This document shows positions 39,139 through 48,945 of a DNA stretch of 64,000 bases, piece after piece. The stretch is from Pseudomonadota bacterium (GTDB lineage: Bacteria > Pseudomonadota > Gammaproteobacteria > Acidiferrobacterales > UBA6901), in NCBI GenBank assembly GCA_027364845.1, contig DAHXOO010000008.1:121-64120 (forward strand), in the 5' to 3' direction. The notes below the pieces were generated by a model. That model ran no database searches, was not told the origin of the DNA, and saw only the letters and a list, made by a program, of their open reading frames with translations. A program made the translations under genes and the position numbers. Within the stretch, counting starts at the first letter, position 1. Every line of letters begins with the position of its first letter.

Positions 39139-39383
39139 ACTCTTACCACGGTATGCACAGTATCGCGACCGGCGGTTCAAGCAGAACCCGGAAGCCGCTG
39201 ATCGGTTTCCACGGCAACGCCAGTCCCTTCGGACAAATTTCGGTGCGGCGAATTTCAAGTATTCTTCTCACCGGATAGGCAGAGGTCTTTACTCCTTTTT
39301 TGCGTGCCAAATGCGCTCCGTCAGGCTAACCACAGCAAGCCCCATTACCGAAATCCTTCCTTATTGTATTCCTATAATCGCAT

Positions 39384-39818
39384 CTAAATACGCTGTTGGA
39401 CCCAGGACTGCAAACTGCGCGGATCCAGAGCGCCCGACACCCTATCGGCCTCGTGACCACTCTTGAACAGAACCAGCGTGGGAATTCCGCGGATGCCGAA
39501 CTCGCTCGCTAGACCCCGCTCGACATCCGTGTCAACTTTGCCAAAGCGGACACGCATATCGAATTGCGCTGCAGCGGCAGCGAAAACTGGCGCCATTATC
39601 TTGCACGGTCCGCACCAAGGCGCCCAAAAATCCACCAGCAACGGAATATCGCTGTGTTCCATGTGGCGACGAAAATTCGCCGCGGTCAATTCCACCGGCT
39701 TGCCTTCAAACAACGGTTTATGGCAAGTGCCGCATTTCGGATGGTCGTGAAGGCGGTCTTCCGGAACCCGGTTGATTCCCTGGCAATGCGGACAAACGAC
39801 AAGCTTGGACGTAGACAC
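39384..39818 (-). CDS. trxC: thioredoxin 2
   Basis: N-terminal zinc-finger CPHC...CGTC plus WAPWCGPCK. Confidence 0.92.
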   Translation of the reverse strand: MSTSKLVVCPHCQGINRVPEDRLHDHPKCGTCHKPLFEGKPVELTAANFRRHMEHSDIPLLVDFWAPWCGPCKIMAPVFAAAAAQFDMRVRFGKVDTDVERGLASEFGIRGIPTLVLFKSGHEADRVSGALDPRSLQSWVQQRI

Positions 39819-40140
39819 GTGAATTCACCCTCCAGTACTCAAGGCTTGCCCTGAAAATGGGGATGATCGTGCGCTATTTCCAGCCCGACTCTCTGGAGGT
39901 TCAGTCTGCTGCGCCAGACCGGCTAGTGGAACACCGTTCGTGGCAAGCTGCCGCGAAGGACAACCAGAAGAAATGATCCGAAAGTAGCAATGCGGGATAC
40001 GTCAGGTCGCGGCACGCGGCCAACTCCGGGAAAATGGCAGCAATGACTGGTGCCAGCCATGGAAGCCTGCAACGTGCCTTGACCCCTTTGTTCGGCGCCG
40101 CGGTTAACCTTCTACCTGGGACCCTGACGGCCTGCCGGGC

Positions 40141-40815
40141 CTATTTGCGGCGAGCAGTAGGCCTGCGCGCATGCTTCATCGACTGACGCGCGGCTTTTTT
40201 CTTATTGGCTTTAGTGGCTTTAGTAGGCTTAGCAGCCTTCTTGGTAGCCCTGGTGACCTTCTTCTTGACCGGCTTCTTGGCTGCGGCAACTGCCGTCTTC
40301 TTCGCAGTACCGGCAGGCGGTTTCTTGGCGCTCAGGCCGGTTCCGGACGCGCGTTTGGAACTCTTCGTATCTGCCAAGCGGATTGACTTTACCCGTTCAG
40401 ACACAGAGTTCAGGTAGATGTGGTGGGTGTTCATGTGTTCAACGGCGGACCGTGCCCTGTCAGGCCCGGTTTCGCCCGGGCCGAGCTGGCGGTAGGCCAT
40501 CTCGATCATGCTGTCCTCATACGCGCAGAAACGTGCGACCTCAGGTCCGACAATGGTGCACAACTGATGCATCTGCTCGCCCGCCCTGAGGTTGATCTCA
40601 TGCAACCTCTTGGCGCGTTCGGGTCCTATCCAGCTCACTAGCGTCCAGTGGTTGCCTGCGGCACCAGGGTTTTCGAGATAGCGTTGCCAGACTTCGCTCG
40701 CCTCATCGCAGGTGACCGCAAGTGTGTCGAGGCAGCTTAGAACGAGCTCCCGATCTTTGGAGCGCGCTCGTCCCCACCCTTCAATAAGAACTACTGCTTC
40801 CTCAAGACTTCTCAT
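40141..40815 (-). CDS. hypothetical protein with a C-terminal histone H1-like Lys/Ala-rich tail
   Basis: About 165 aa of unrecognised N-terminal domain, then KKPPAGTAKKTAVAAAKKPVKKKVTRATKKAAKPTKATKANKKKAAR. The start at 40815 has a GGAGG RBS. Confidence 0.6.
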   Translation of the reverse strand: MRSLEEAVVLIEGWGRARSKDRELVLSCLDTLAVTCDEASEVWQRYLENPGAAGNHWTLVSWIGPERAKRLHEINLRAGEQMHQLCTIVGPEVARFCAYEDSMIEMAYRQLGPGETGPDRARSAVEHMNTHHIYLNSVSERVKSIRLADTKSSKRASGTGLSAKKPPAGTAKKTAVAAAKKPVKKKVTRATKKAAKPTKATKANKKKAARQSMKHARRPTARRK

Positions 40816-40988
40816 GCCAACCTCCCTCATGCAAACGGCCATAATTGGCGCTCGATTTATTCATCATACGGACGGCGCCATCTCGTAGCAATATGGCTTG
40901 GCTCATTCCGACGCTATGCAAAACTCCGGCGGAATTGTTACCATCAAAAATTACGGCGCATCGTGATGTTCCGGAGTCAGAACGACGC

Positions 40989-42089
40989 ATGACCGAAATC
41001 GAGATCGCGCCATGGTCAGAGTTAATCCAAACTCTGCAGCCTATCGCATCACTAAGCATCCTACGCGTCGAAGAGCTGAGGCCATTGTTCCGCATTGAAC
41101 GCATTCCTGCGGGCATGACCTTGTTCCAAGAGGGGAGGATAGATCATCAGGCCATCTACCTGCTGCGCGGTGAAATGGTCCTGAGCAGCGCGAGAGATGA
41201 GGAAAACTGCTTGCTGGTGGCACCGGACACAACCGGCACACCAGCAATGGCGATCTGTCCGATTGTGGACAAGCAGCCACGCCAACTATCCGCCATGGCG
41301 GTGACTGATCTTGAGATCCTGCGAATCGACAGCGAACTTCTTGATATCGTCGTCACATGGGACACCCTCGCCGGCTGTTTCGCCGCTCCGGGACCGAATT
41401 GCCGCGGCGGGATCCCTGGTGGCGCGACGGACTGGATGAGCATGGTCCGGCAATGTCTGGTTTTTAGGCATATTCCCCCTTCCAACTTCGATTCTTTGGG
41501 CATGCAGCTGGAAATGGTCACGGTGCGAGCGGGACAGGTCGTGGCACGCGAGGGCGAGCATGCCGACGATTACTATCTCGTCGAGAGCGGTACGGCCGTC
41601 ATGACACGCGAAACTGACGGAAATGGCCCGGCCGATAGCACAACGCTAGGCCCCGGTGCAGGATTCGGTGAGGAAAGCCTGCAAGGCGAGGACCGATGGC
41701 ATTCCAGCGTTACGATGGAAACACGTGGCACACTGTTGCGGCTTACGCGTCAGCGTTTCCTCGCCCTCAGACACGAACCGCCACTTAGCTGGTTAACGCC
41801 GTCCCAGGCAATGTCGATGGCGGAATCCCGCGACGTCATCTGGCTCGATGTTCGTGGGCTGGAAGAGGCGCCGGATTCGCTGTTGCCCGGCGCCTATCGC
41901 CTGCCCCTGGGTACGCTATGCCAGGCGGCCAATGATCTTGAACCGGATAACACATACATTTGCTACTGCAATACCGGTCGACGCAGCTCCGCAGCGGCAC
42001 ATCTTCTTGGTCAACGCGGCCTACGCGCGCATGTACTCGCAGGAGGACTGCGGGCCGCGCCCGCTGGATTTGGGGGCAGCGCGCCGTAG
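40989..42089 (+). CDS. protein with two cyclic-nucleotide-binding domains and a C-terminal rhodanese domain
   Basis: Two cNMP-binding beta-barrel regions (FQEGRIDHQAIYLLRGEM..; REGEHADDYYLVESGTAV..GFGEESL). Rhodanese active-site loop CYCNTGRRS. The start is uncertain. Confidence 0.7.
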   Translation: MTEIEIAPWSELIQTLQPIASLSILRVEELRPLFRIERIPAGMTLFQEGRIDHQAIYLLRGEMVLSSARDEENCLLVAPDTTGTPAMAICPIVDKQPRQLSAMAVTDLEILRIDSELLDIVVTWDTLAGCFAAPGPNCRGGIPGGATDWMSMVRQCLVFRHIPPSNFDSLGMQLEMVTVRAGQVVAREGEHADDYYLVESGTAVMTRETDGNGPADSTTLGPGAGFGEESLQGEDRWHSSVTMETRGTLLRLTRQRFLALRHEPPLSWLTPSQAMSMAESRDVIWLDVRGLEEAPDSLLPGAYRLPLGTLCQAANDLEPDNTYICYCNTGRRSSAAAHLLGQRGLRAHVLAGGLRAAPAGFGGSAP

Positions 42090-42277
42090 TAGACTCCCCG
42101 TATGGGACCTTTTCAACGCGAGATGTTCCGGCCGCATGATGCGCTCTGGAATCGATGTGGACATTCCGACCATCGGTCCAAGTGCACCGGAGATTGCTGA
42201 CACGCTGCGGTACGGCGCGTTTTCACGGCCATCCCGGTGCCACCGGGAAATCGTAAACTGGATCGTGGTCGAAGAGC

Positions 42278-42532
42278 ATGACTGACTTGAATAATGCCGA
42301 CACCGACTATAGCCCGATTTCCTGCGCAAGCTACGACGTATTCGAGATCGCCATCCTTCATCGCGCGTGTCTACACCTGACGTGGGTCGAGGACAATGTC
42401 CTGCATGACCAAATCGTGACGCCGCTCGACATCGAAACGGCAAACCACCAGGAGTTTCTGATTGTGCAGATGTCCACGGGACAAACACTGCGCCTGCGAC
42501 TTGACCGGATCCGAAAAGCTCGCCCCGCGTGA
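42278..42532 (+). CDS. rof: Rho-binding antiterminator Rof
   Basis: 84 aa. YSPISCASYDVFEIA...LRLRLDRI is collinear with E. coli Rof (YaeO). Confidence 0.8.
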   Translation: MTDLNNADTDYSPISCASYDVFEIAILHRACLHLTWVEDNVLHDQIVTPLDIETANHQEFLIVQMSTGQTLRLRLDRIRKARPA

Positions 42533-42809
42533 ATTGTCGTCTTCGCCCGGGATAACAACGGAACAACCGCCGGGACTGCAGGGTATTGCAAAGTACATTC
42601 CACCATGGTTCGCTCCGCCCAGCGGATCATGAAGATCGCGGCAGGCACTGGCTGGCTTGCCAACTTGGGGGCGGGTCGCACCCCAGAGGGGTCGCACGAC
42701 CGGCGCAGCCTATTAGGACCGCACTTGGCACCTGTCGGTCAATGGGAATATAGTGCCGGTTAATTGAACAGTTGATGCTCAGTGTAACGCTATACGGGAG
42801 GAAAAATCC

Positions 42810-43334
42810 GTGATCCGAGATCGCATGCATGTTCGCGAATCTGCTCTTTTGGCGCTATTCTGTACAGCCGCGCTTTCCGGCTGCGCAAGCTTGACCAAAC
42901 CGGTCAGCTCTATCACGATCAACTCCGATCCGCCGGGTGCCCAGGTCTTCGTTTCTGGCAGGAACATTGGAACCACCCCACTTCCAGTGGTACTCGACAA
43001 GGAGTTTCCAAGACATTGGACAGAGCGCATCAGTAGCGATGTCGGTCCGGGCTTTGCGTTTTACCGCCGACTTGCAACCGTCACGATCAAGAAGTCCGGC
43101 TGCAAGCCCTATACCAATCAGTTCACCGGGAAAACTTTGAGGCACGATATAACGGTCACGCTCACGTGCGGACCGCAATACATTCTGGCAGCACCCGCCG
43201 CGCCCGCCACGGCGGCGCCCGAAGGCGCAACGATCGAACAACGCCTACAGGAACTTCAAGAACTCAAGAAAAAGGGACTGATTTCCGATCAGGAGTACCA
43301 CACGCAGCAGCAACGGATATTGAACCAGCTCTAG
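42810..43334 (+). CDS. lipoprotein with a PEGA domain and a C-terminal SHOCT motif
   Basis: Lipobox LSGC. SITINSDPPGAQVFVSGRNIGTTPL (PEGA). C-terminal LKKKGLISDQEYHTQQQRIL (SHOCT). Confidence 0.75.
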   Translation: MIRDRMHVRESALLALFCTAALSGCASLTKPVSSITINSDPPGAQVFVSGRNIGTTPLPVVLDKEFPRHWTERISSDVGPGFAFYRRLATVTIKKSGCKPYTNQFTGKTLRHDITVTLTCGPQYILAAPAAPATAAPEGATIEQRLQELQELKKKGLISDQEYHTQQQRILNQL

Positions 43335-44031
43335 GTTATCTGCTGCAAACTCGACCCGGAGCCTGGGCAGCCGCCAAAGGGGCCAGACACCGCCAATTGG
43401 AGCACGCGCAATGGCAAGACGCGCTTCCTCCAGGACCGGTGGTGGTACTCGCAGAAAACCTTCATTTGCTTCCGGCACGCGGCCCAGCGCTGAACCTTGG
43501 CTATGGCCTTGCAACCAATGTCATGCTGTTCACGCATCACGGACTCGAACGTACGCCTGAGACAACAGCAAGCGGCGATCACCTTGGGGCGCCTGCTCGC
43601 TGCGCTGCAGTTGCAGGTCTGCCGCGAGGAGCCCGTGCCTGGTGACGTTACGTGCAGGCTGCACAATCAGGCGATGCTGGTGGCGCAATCGCCGGACAGT
43701 GTGGACACCCTGACATCGAAGGCAGGGCACCGTGCATAGCTAGGCAACGCCGACAAGCCTGGTCGGCTGGCCCAACCGCCAATCCCGAAGAAGTGCACCG
43801 CGCCCAGGAACCCCTTATAATGCCGGCCTGTCCGGGGCAGTTAGAACACCGGGCGCGCTGGAACAATGCGCAGCAGGTCTTCGGATGGTAAGCGCCCGAA
43901 TGGCCGGGAATCATTCGTTCCCAAAAATGGGGATTTGGAACAACAGCGGCCAAGCAGGTTACAATTCGCAACTTCGCGCCTGCGCAGCGCCGATCCGGGC
44001 TCCTTCAAACCGAAACCACAGCAGAACTCTA

Positions 44032-45153
44032 ATGAAAGTCGGCATACCAATTGAAGTTATGGAGGGCGAAACGCGCGTCGCCGCCACTCCGGAGATGGTG
44101 AAGAAACTGTGTGCCCTCGGCCTCTCGGTGCTGGTACAGAAGAATGCCGGGATTGCCTCGCATTTTACTGATGACGCCTACCACCGTGCTGGTGCTGAGG
44201 TCGTCGACAATGCACAGGCTTTGGGCGCAGATATCGTGTTCAAGGTACGAAAACCCAACAGCGACGAAATTGGACGCATGAAGAATGGTGCGGTGCTGTT
44301 AAGCATGATGGACCTATGTCACAGCGACAGCACCCTGGACCAGCTGGCCGCCACTGGCGTCGACTCCTTCGCCCTGGAACTGATCCCGCGCATCTCTCGC
44401 GCCCAGGCCATGGACGTGCTGTCGTCGCAGTCCAACATTGCCGGCTACCGTGCGGTACTTGAGGCCGCACGTCTCTATGGTCGGTTCTTTCCGATGATGA
44501 TGACTTCGGCCGGATCCGCAAAGCCAACGCGTGTGGTGGTGCTGGGCGCGGGCGTTGCCGGACTGCAGGCGATCGCCACCGCACGCCGGCTAGGCGCGCA
44601 GGTCGCGGCCTACGATGTGCGCCCCGAGGTCAAAGAGCAGATTATGTCCCTGGGCGCCAAGTTCATCGAGTTCGACCTGGGAGAATCCGGGGCAGGTACC
44701 GGCGGATATGCCCGGCAGCTGTCTGCTGAGGCACAGAGCAAGCAGCAGCAGCTGCTCACCGATGAGTTGAAGAAAGCGGACGTAATCATCTCCACCGCCC
44801 TTATTCCATGCAAACCGGCTCCGGTGTTGGTCACTGAACAGGCGGTCGAAGGAATGAACCAAGGGTCGGTGATCATCGATATGGCAGCCGCCACTGGCGG
44901 CAACTGCCCGCTCACCGAAGCGAACAAGACGGTCATCAAGCACGGAGTCATTCTATGCGGCATCACAAACTTTCCGGCACTCATGCCGGGTGACGCCAGC
45001 GCATTCTATTCGCGCAACATATTCAACTTCATATCGCTCCTGATCGTCACGACCGATGGTCAGTTGCAGATGAAAGACTATTTGGAAGACGAGATTACCG
45101 CGAGTTCGCTGGTCACTTACAAGGGAACAGTGCGCTTCAAAGATAAGAAATAG
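44032..45153 (+). CDS. pntAA: NAD(P) transhydrogenase subunit alpha part 1
   Basis: [21 protein letters not shown] start. [11 protein letters not shown] Rossmann fold. Confidence 0.93.
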   Translation: MKVGIPIEVMEGETRVAATPEMVKKLCALGLSVLVQKNAGIASHFTDDAYHRAGAEVVDNAQALGADIVFKVRKPNSDEIGRMKNGAVLLSMMDLCHSDSTLDQLAATGVDSFALELIPRISRAQAMDVLSSQSNIAGYRAVLEAARLYGRFFPMMMTSAGSAKPTRVVVLGAGVAGLQAIATARRLGAQVAAYDVRPEVKEQIMSLGAKFIEFDLGESGAGTGGYARQLSAEAQSKQQQLLTDELKKADVIISTALIPCKPAPVLVTEQAVEGMNQGSVIIDMAAATGGNCPLTEANKTVIKHGVILCGITNFPALMPGDASAFYSRNIFNFISLLIVTTDGQLQMKDYLEDEITASSLVTYKGTVRFKDKK

Positions 45154-45167
45154 GAAAGGGGAAATTT

Positions 45168-45452
45168 ATGTCAGCAACCATGATCGCGCTGTATGTTTTC
45201 GTACTCGCCTGCTTCATTGGCTACTGGGTCATCTGGGGGGTGACGCCATCCCTGCACACTCCCCTGCTCTCGCTGACCAACGCAATTTCCGGAATCATCA
45301 TCGTCGGCGCCATTCTGGTTGCCGGATTCGGTCAGGGCGGCGGGCCCGCGGGAATCATCGGGTTCATAGCAGTCACCCTCGCATCCATCAACATCTTTGG
45401 CGGCTTCGTTGTTACGCAGCGTATGCTTGCCATGTTCAAGAAAAAGAAATAA
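45168..45452 (+). CDS. pntAB: NAD(P) transhydrogenase subunit alpha part 2
   Basis: 94-aa membrane subunit between pntAA and pntB. Confidence 0.9.
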   Translation: MSATMIALYVFVLACFIGYWVIWGVTPSLHTPLLSLTNAISGIIIVGAILVAGFGQGGGPAGIIGFIAVTLASINIFGGFVVTQRMLAMFKKKK

Positions 45453-45464
45453 GGGGCTGCAGGC

Positions 45465-46859
45465 ATGCAATTGACCGGCAACTATCTGGCGCTTGCCTAC
45501 CTCGTTTCCGCGACGCTGTTCATATTGGGTCTAAAAAGCCTCACTCATCCGGCAAGCGCTCGGCGCGGGAACTACTATGCGATGTTCGGCATGCTGTTGG
45601 CGATTGCGGCCACCGCGTTCAATCCTGCTATCCGTTCATATGATTTCATCGTCGCCGGGATCGTGCTCGGGGCAGCGATCGGCACTCTGATAGCACTTAA
45701 AATCCGGATGACTGCAATGCCACAGCTGGTTGCTGCACTGCACAGCTTCGTCGGTCTTACTGCAGTCCTGGTGGCGGTGGGCACCTACCTCACGCACCGC
45801 GCCCAGGGCACGCTGAATACAGTACTGATGGCAGAGCTGTTCGTCGGCGCATTCATCGGTGCCATCACCTTCACCGGCTCGCTGGTGGCCTTCGGCAAGC
45901 TGCAGGGCATCATCACCGGCAGGCCGCTCATCTTCGCAGGGCAGCATATTCTCAATATGATGATTGCCCTAGTGATGTTAGGTTTCGGTGTCGATTTTCT
46001 CCTGCACAACCAGTTCGGCGCGCTTCTCATACTGATCGCGCTGGCGCTGACGCTCGGCGTCCTGCTGATCGTTCCAATCGGTGGCGCCGACATGCCTGTG
46101 GTAGTGTCCATGCTGAATTCCTATTCCGGCTGGGCGGCAGCCGCCACTGGTTTCACCCTAGGCAACAACCTGCTTATCATTACCGGAGCGCTCGTGGGTT
46201 TCTCAGGAGCCATCCTGTCATACATCATGTCGAAGGCCATGAATCGGTCCATCGGCAGCATCATCCTGGGCGGCTTCGGAGGCGGCGAAAGCACAGCCGG
46301 CACGGGGGCAGTCACGGCCGCCGCCAAGGGCATCAAGACCGCTGCGGTTGAAGACGCGGTATTTTTGATGGCCAACGCAAGCAAGGTTATTATCGTTCCC
46401 GGCTACGGAATGGCCGTAGCCCAGGCGCAGCATGCTCTTAAGGAACTCGTGGATATACTGGAGAGCAAGGGCGTCACGGTCCACTTCGCGATCCATCCTG
46501 TTGCAGGCAGGATGCCGGGCCACATGAATGTGCTACTCGCCGAGGCGGACGTTCCATACGACCATGTTTTCGAGATGGAAGAGATCAATCCTGAGTTCAC
46601 CACCGCCGACGTCGCACTTGTGGTCGGGGCCAACGACGTGACTAATCCGGCGGCCAAGAGCGACAAATCGAGTCCGATCTACGGGATGCCTATCCTCGAC
46701 GTTTATAAGGCACGCCAGATATTCTTCATCAAGCGCAGCATGAACCCCGGCTACTCCGGGGTGGAAAACCAGTTGTTCTACCAGGATAACTGTTCGCTTG
46801 TTTTTGGTGATGCCAAAAAGGTCTGTGAAAAAATGGTGGTGGAGCTGAAGGCTGCCTGA
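45465..46859 (+). CDS. pntB: NAD(P) transhydrogenase subunit beta
   Basis: 464 aa. Polytopic N-terminal half plus an NADP(H)-binding dIII domain (GYGMAVAQAQH, HPVAGRMPGHMNVLLAEA). Confidence 0.95.
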   Translation: MQLTGNYLALAYLVSATLFILGLKSLTHPASARRGNYYAMFGMLLAIAATAFNPAIRSYDFIVAGIVLGAAIGTLIALKIRMTAMPQLVAALHSFVGLTAVLVAVGTYLTHRAQGTLNTVLMAELFVGAFIGAITFTGSLVAFGKLQGIITGRPLIFAGQHILNMMIALVMLGFGVDFLLHNQFGALLILIALALTLGVLLIVPIGGADMPVVVSMLNSYSGWAAAATGFTLGNNLLIITGALVGFSGAILSYIMSKAMNRSIGSIILGGFGGGESTAGTGAVTAAAKGIKTAAVEDAVFLMANASKVIIVPGYGMAVAQAQHALKELVDILESKGVTVHFAIHPVAGRMPGHMNVLLAEADVPYDHVFEMEEINPEFTTADVALVVGANDVTNPAAKSDKSSPIYGMPILDVYKARQIFFIKRSMNPGYSGVENQLFYQDNCSLVFGDAKKVCEKMVVELKAA

Positions 46860-46904
46860 GGGACAACCCTCGGCTACCCAACACCTACGCGGCCGCTTAA
46901 CGCT

Positions 46905-47606
46905 CTAGCTGGAACGCCGGAAGATCAACTCCCATACGCCGTGTCCGAGCCGCTGCCCGCGGCGCTCGAACTTGGTGAAGGGACGGTACTGGGGACGCGG
47001 CGCGTAACAGCCCGGACCAGCACTGTTCTCGAAACCCGATGCCTGGGTCATTATGGCCATCATGTGCTGCGCATAGGGTTCCCAGTCGGTCGCCATGTGC
47101 AAATAACCACCGACGACAATCTTGCAACGCAAGATCTCCACGAACTCCGACTGCACTAGGCGCCGCTTATGGTGACGGGTCTTCGGCCAGGGATCCGGAA
47201 AGAACAGATGCACACCATACAGCCGTGCGTCTTGGATCTTGTTCACCAGAACGGAGCCCGCGTCGTCGCATATCACCCGTACGTTCGCGATGTCTTGCGC
47301 TTCGAGTGTCCGCAGTAGACGGCCGACTCCCGGGCGGTGGATTTCCACTCCCAGATAGTCCTGCTCTGAATGAGACGCCGCCATGGCGCACAGGGATTGT
47401 CCATCGCCAAAACCGATCTCAAGAATCACCGGCGCTTGGCGGCCGAAAATCGCGCCAAAATCGAGCTGTGCGTCGCTTTCCGCCACGCCGAAGCGTGGCC
47501 ACAGCTCTGCCAGCGCGCGGCGCTGAGCCACCGTGATGCGGCCCTCGCGGCGCACGTAGCTGCGGATTTGGCGCAATGGCCCATGCGGCGCACGCACGCC
47601 GCTCAT
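46905..47606 (-). CDS. trmB: tRNA (guanine46-N7)-methyltransferase
   Basis: Start moved to MSGVRAP (GAGGAG RBS). EIGFGDG SAM motif and FPDPWPKTRHHKRR. Confidence 0.9.
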   Translation of the reverse strand: MSGVRAPHGPLRQIRSYVRREGRITVAQRRALAELWPRFGVAESDAQLDFGAIFGRQAPVILEIGFGDGQSLCAMAASHSEQDYLGVEIHRPGVGRLLRTLEAQDIANVRVICDDAGSVLVNKIQDARLYGVHLFFPDPWPKTRHHKRRLVQSEFVEILRCKIVVGGYLHMATDWEPYAQHMMAIMTQASGFENSAGPGCYAPRPQYRPFTKFERRGQRLGHGVWELIFRRSS

Positions 47607-47655
47607 CGTGAACTCCTCAAGCCGAGGGGGCCCGGGACGCTCAGAAACAGGAGGC

Positions 47656-48474
47656 CTAGAAGAAACTGCCGTCGACAGGCGATGAGGCCGTGGCATAAGG
47701 CTTGCGCGGCATACGCCCGGCGAGATAAGCGTCGCGTCCGGCCTCTACCGCCTTTTTCATGGCCGCCGCCATAAGCACTGGATTCCTTGCCGCGGCAATG
47801 GCGGTATTCATCAGGACGCCATCGCAGCCAAGCTCCATGGCTACCGCGGCATCACTCGCAGTACCGACCCCTGCATCCACCAGAATCGGGACCCGCGCGT
47901 TTTCAACGATGAGGCGGATATTGTACGGATTGCGAATGCCGAGACCGGATCCTATCGGTGCGGCCAGCGGCATGACTGCCACGCATCCGAGCTCTTCGAA
48001 GCGTTTGGCCATTACCGGATCGTCTGTGGTGTAAACCATCACCTTGAAGCCTTCTTTCACGAGCGTTTCCGCAGCGCTCAGTGTCTTGGGGATGTCCGGA
48101 AACAGCGTCTTCTCATCGCCCAACACCTCCAGCTTGACCAGATCGTGCCCGTCGAGCAGTTCGCGCGCCAGCCGGCAAGTGCGCACGGCATCTTCAGCGC
48201 TGTAGCAGCCCGCCGTATTGGGTAGCAGCGTATAAATTTTCGGAGACAAGATCTCAAGAAGATTCGGCTCCTTCGGGTTCTGGCCGATGTTGGTGCGGCG
48301 TATTGCAACCGTCACGATCTCGGCACCGCTTGCCTCGACGGCACGGCGTGTCTCCTCCAGATCCCGGTACTTGCCGGTACCCACGAGCAGCCGCGAACGA
48401 TATTCTTGCCCGGCAATGGTCAGAACATCGCGCACGCCGGTCTCCTCACTGGATTTTGATGCCGGGGCCGTCAT
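47656..48474 (-). CDS. thiG: thiazole synthase
   Basis: LLVGTGKY...EVLGD...[11 protein letters not shown] are ThiG blocks. Downstream of thiS. Confidence 0.95.
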   Translation of the reverse strand: MTAPASKSSEETGVRDVLTIAGQEYRSRLLVGTGKYRDLEETRRAVEASGAEIVTVAIRRTNIGQNPKEPNLLEILSPKIYTLLPNTAGCYSAEDAVRTCRLARELLDGHDLVKLEVLGDEKTLFPDIPKTLSAAETLVKEGFKVMVYTTDDPVMAKRFEELGCVAVMPLAAPIGSGLGIRNPYNIRLIVENARVPILVDAGVGTASDAAVAMELGCDGVLMNTAIAAARNPVLMAAAMKKAVEAGRDAYLAGRMPRKPYATASSPVDGSFF

Positions 48475-48674
48475 CAGCCACCCCCTATTGCGACCACCAC
48501 TTCCACCCGGTCGTTGTCGTTCAGAACGTGTCCAGCATGCTGGCTGCGTGGCACGATCTCACAATTGATCTCAACTGCAACACGCTTGTCCGCCAGGCCC
48601 AGTTCGTGCAGCAATGAAGCCACGCTGGGCGCGGCATTCATGGTCTTTTCACTACCATTCAGCAGGATCTTCAT
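48474..48674 (-). CDS. thiS: sulfur carrier protein ThiS
   Basis: 66 aa ending in GG. Start moved to MKILLNG with a GGGAG RBS. Confidence 0.88.
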   Translation of the reverse strand: MKILLNGSEKTMNAAPSVASLLHELGLADKRVAVEINCEIVPRSQHAGHVLNDNDRVEVVVAIGGG

Positions 48675-48781
48675 ACTCCCTTCCGTGGGCACGGCAGAAC
48701 CGCACCCTACTCAAAACATGAGAAACTTTGGTATGCTATTCTATCGCTGGCGGACCGAAAATGCAGCTGGCTCCGCTGCTG

Positions 48782-48855
48782 GCGGGTGTAGTTCAATGGT
48801 AGAATGAAAGCTTCCCAAGCTTTAGACGTGGGTTCGATTCCCATCACCCGCTCCA
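48782..48855 (+). tRNA. tRNA-Gly (anticodon CCC)
   Basis: Cloverleaf by hand: acceptor GCGGGTG/CACCCGC, anticodon stem AAAGC/GCTTT, loop TTCCCAA, T-loop TTCGATT, encoded CCA. Confidence 0.93.
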
Positions 48856-48945
48856 TCCTTCGTGCCAGCGCTGCGACCTGGACCGGCGTCCCAGCGGTTC
48901 AACTGTCTTCCCGAAAAAATGCGGTTTCTAGGACTAGGGGGAAGT

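Noticed and set aside
39040-39383. ORFs of 60-115 aa (39076-39258 minus, 39119-39466 plus) between the His-rich peptide gene and trxC.
   Set aside because: No RBS and Arg/Pro/Ser-rich composition. They overlap each other and the trxC 3' end. The only solid feature here is the GC-rich palindrome at 39117-39138.
42726-42741. TGGCAC-CTGTC-GGTCA upstream of the PEGA/SHOCT lipoprotein gene as a sigma-54 promoter.
   Set aside because: The -24 element is perfect, but the -12 region lacks the TGC/GC element.
48675-48781. Possible TPP riboswitch upstream of thiS (GGGTGC ... GGAAGGGA seen on the minus strand).
   Set aside because: The leader is only about 100 nt. It lacks the CTGAGA and ACCTGAT...CCAGCG core elements, so the resemblance is limited to two short G-rich words.
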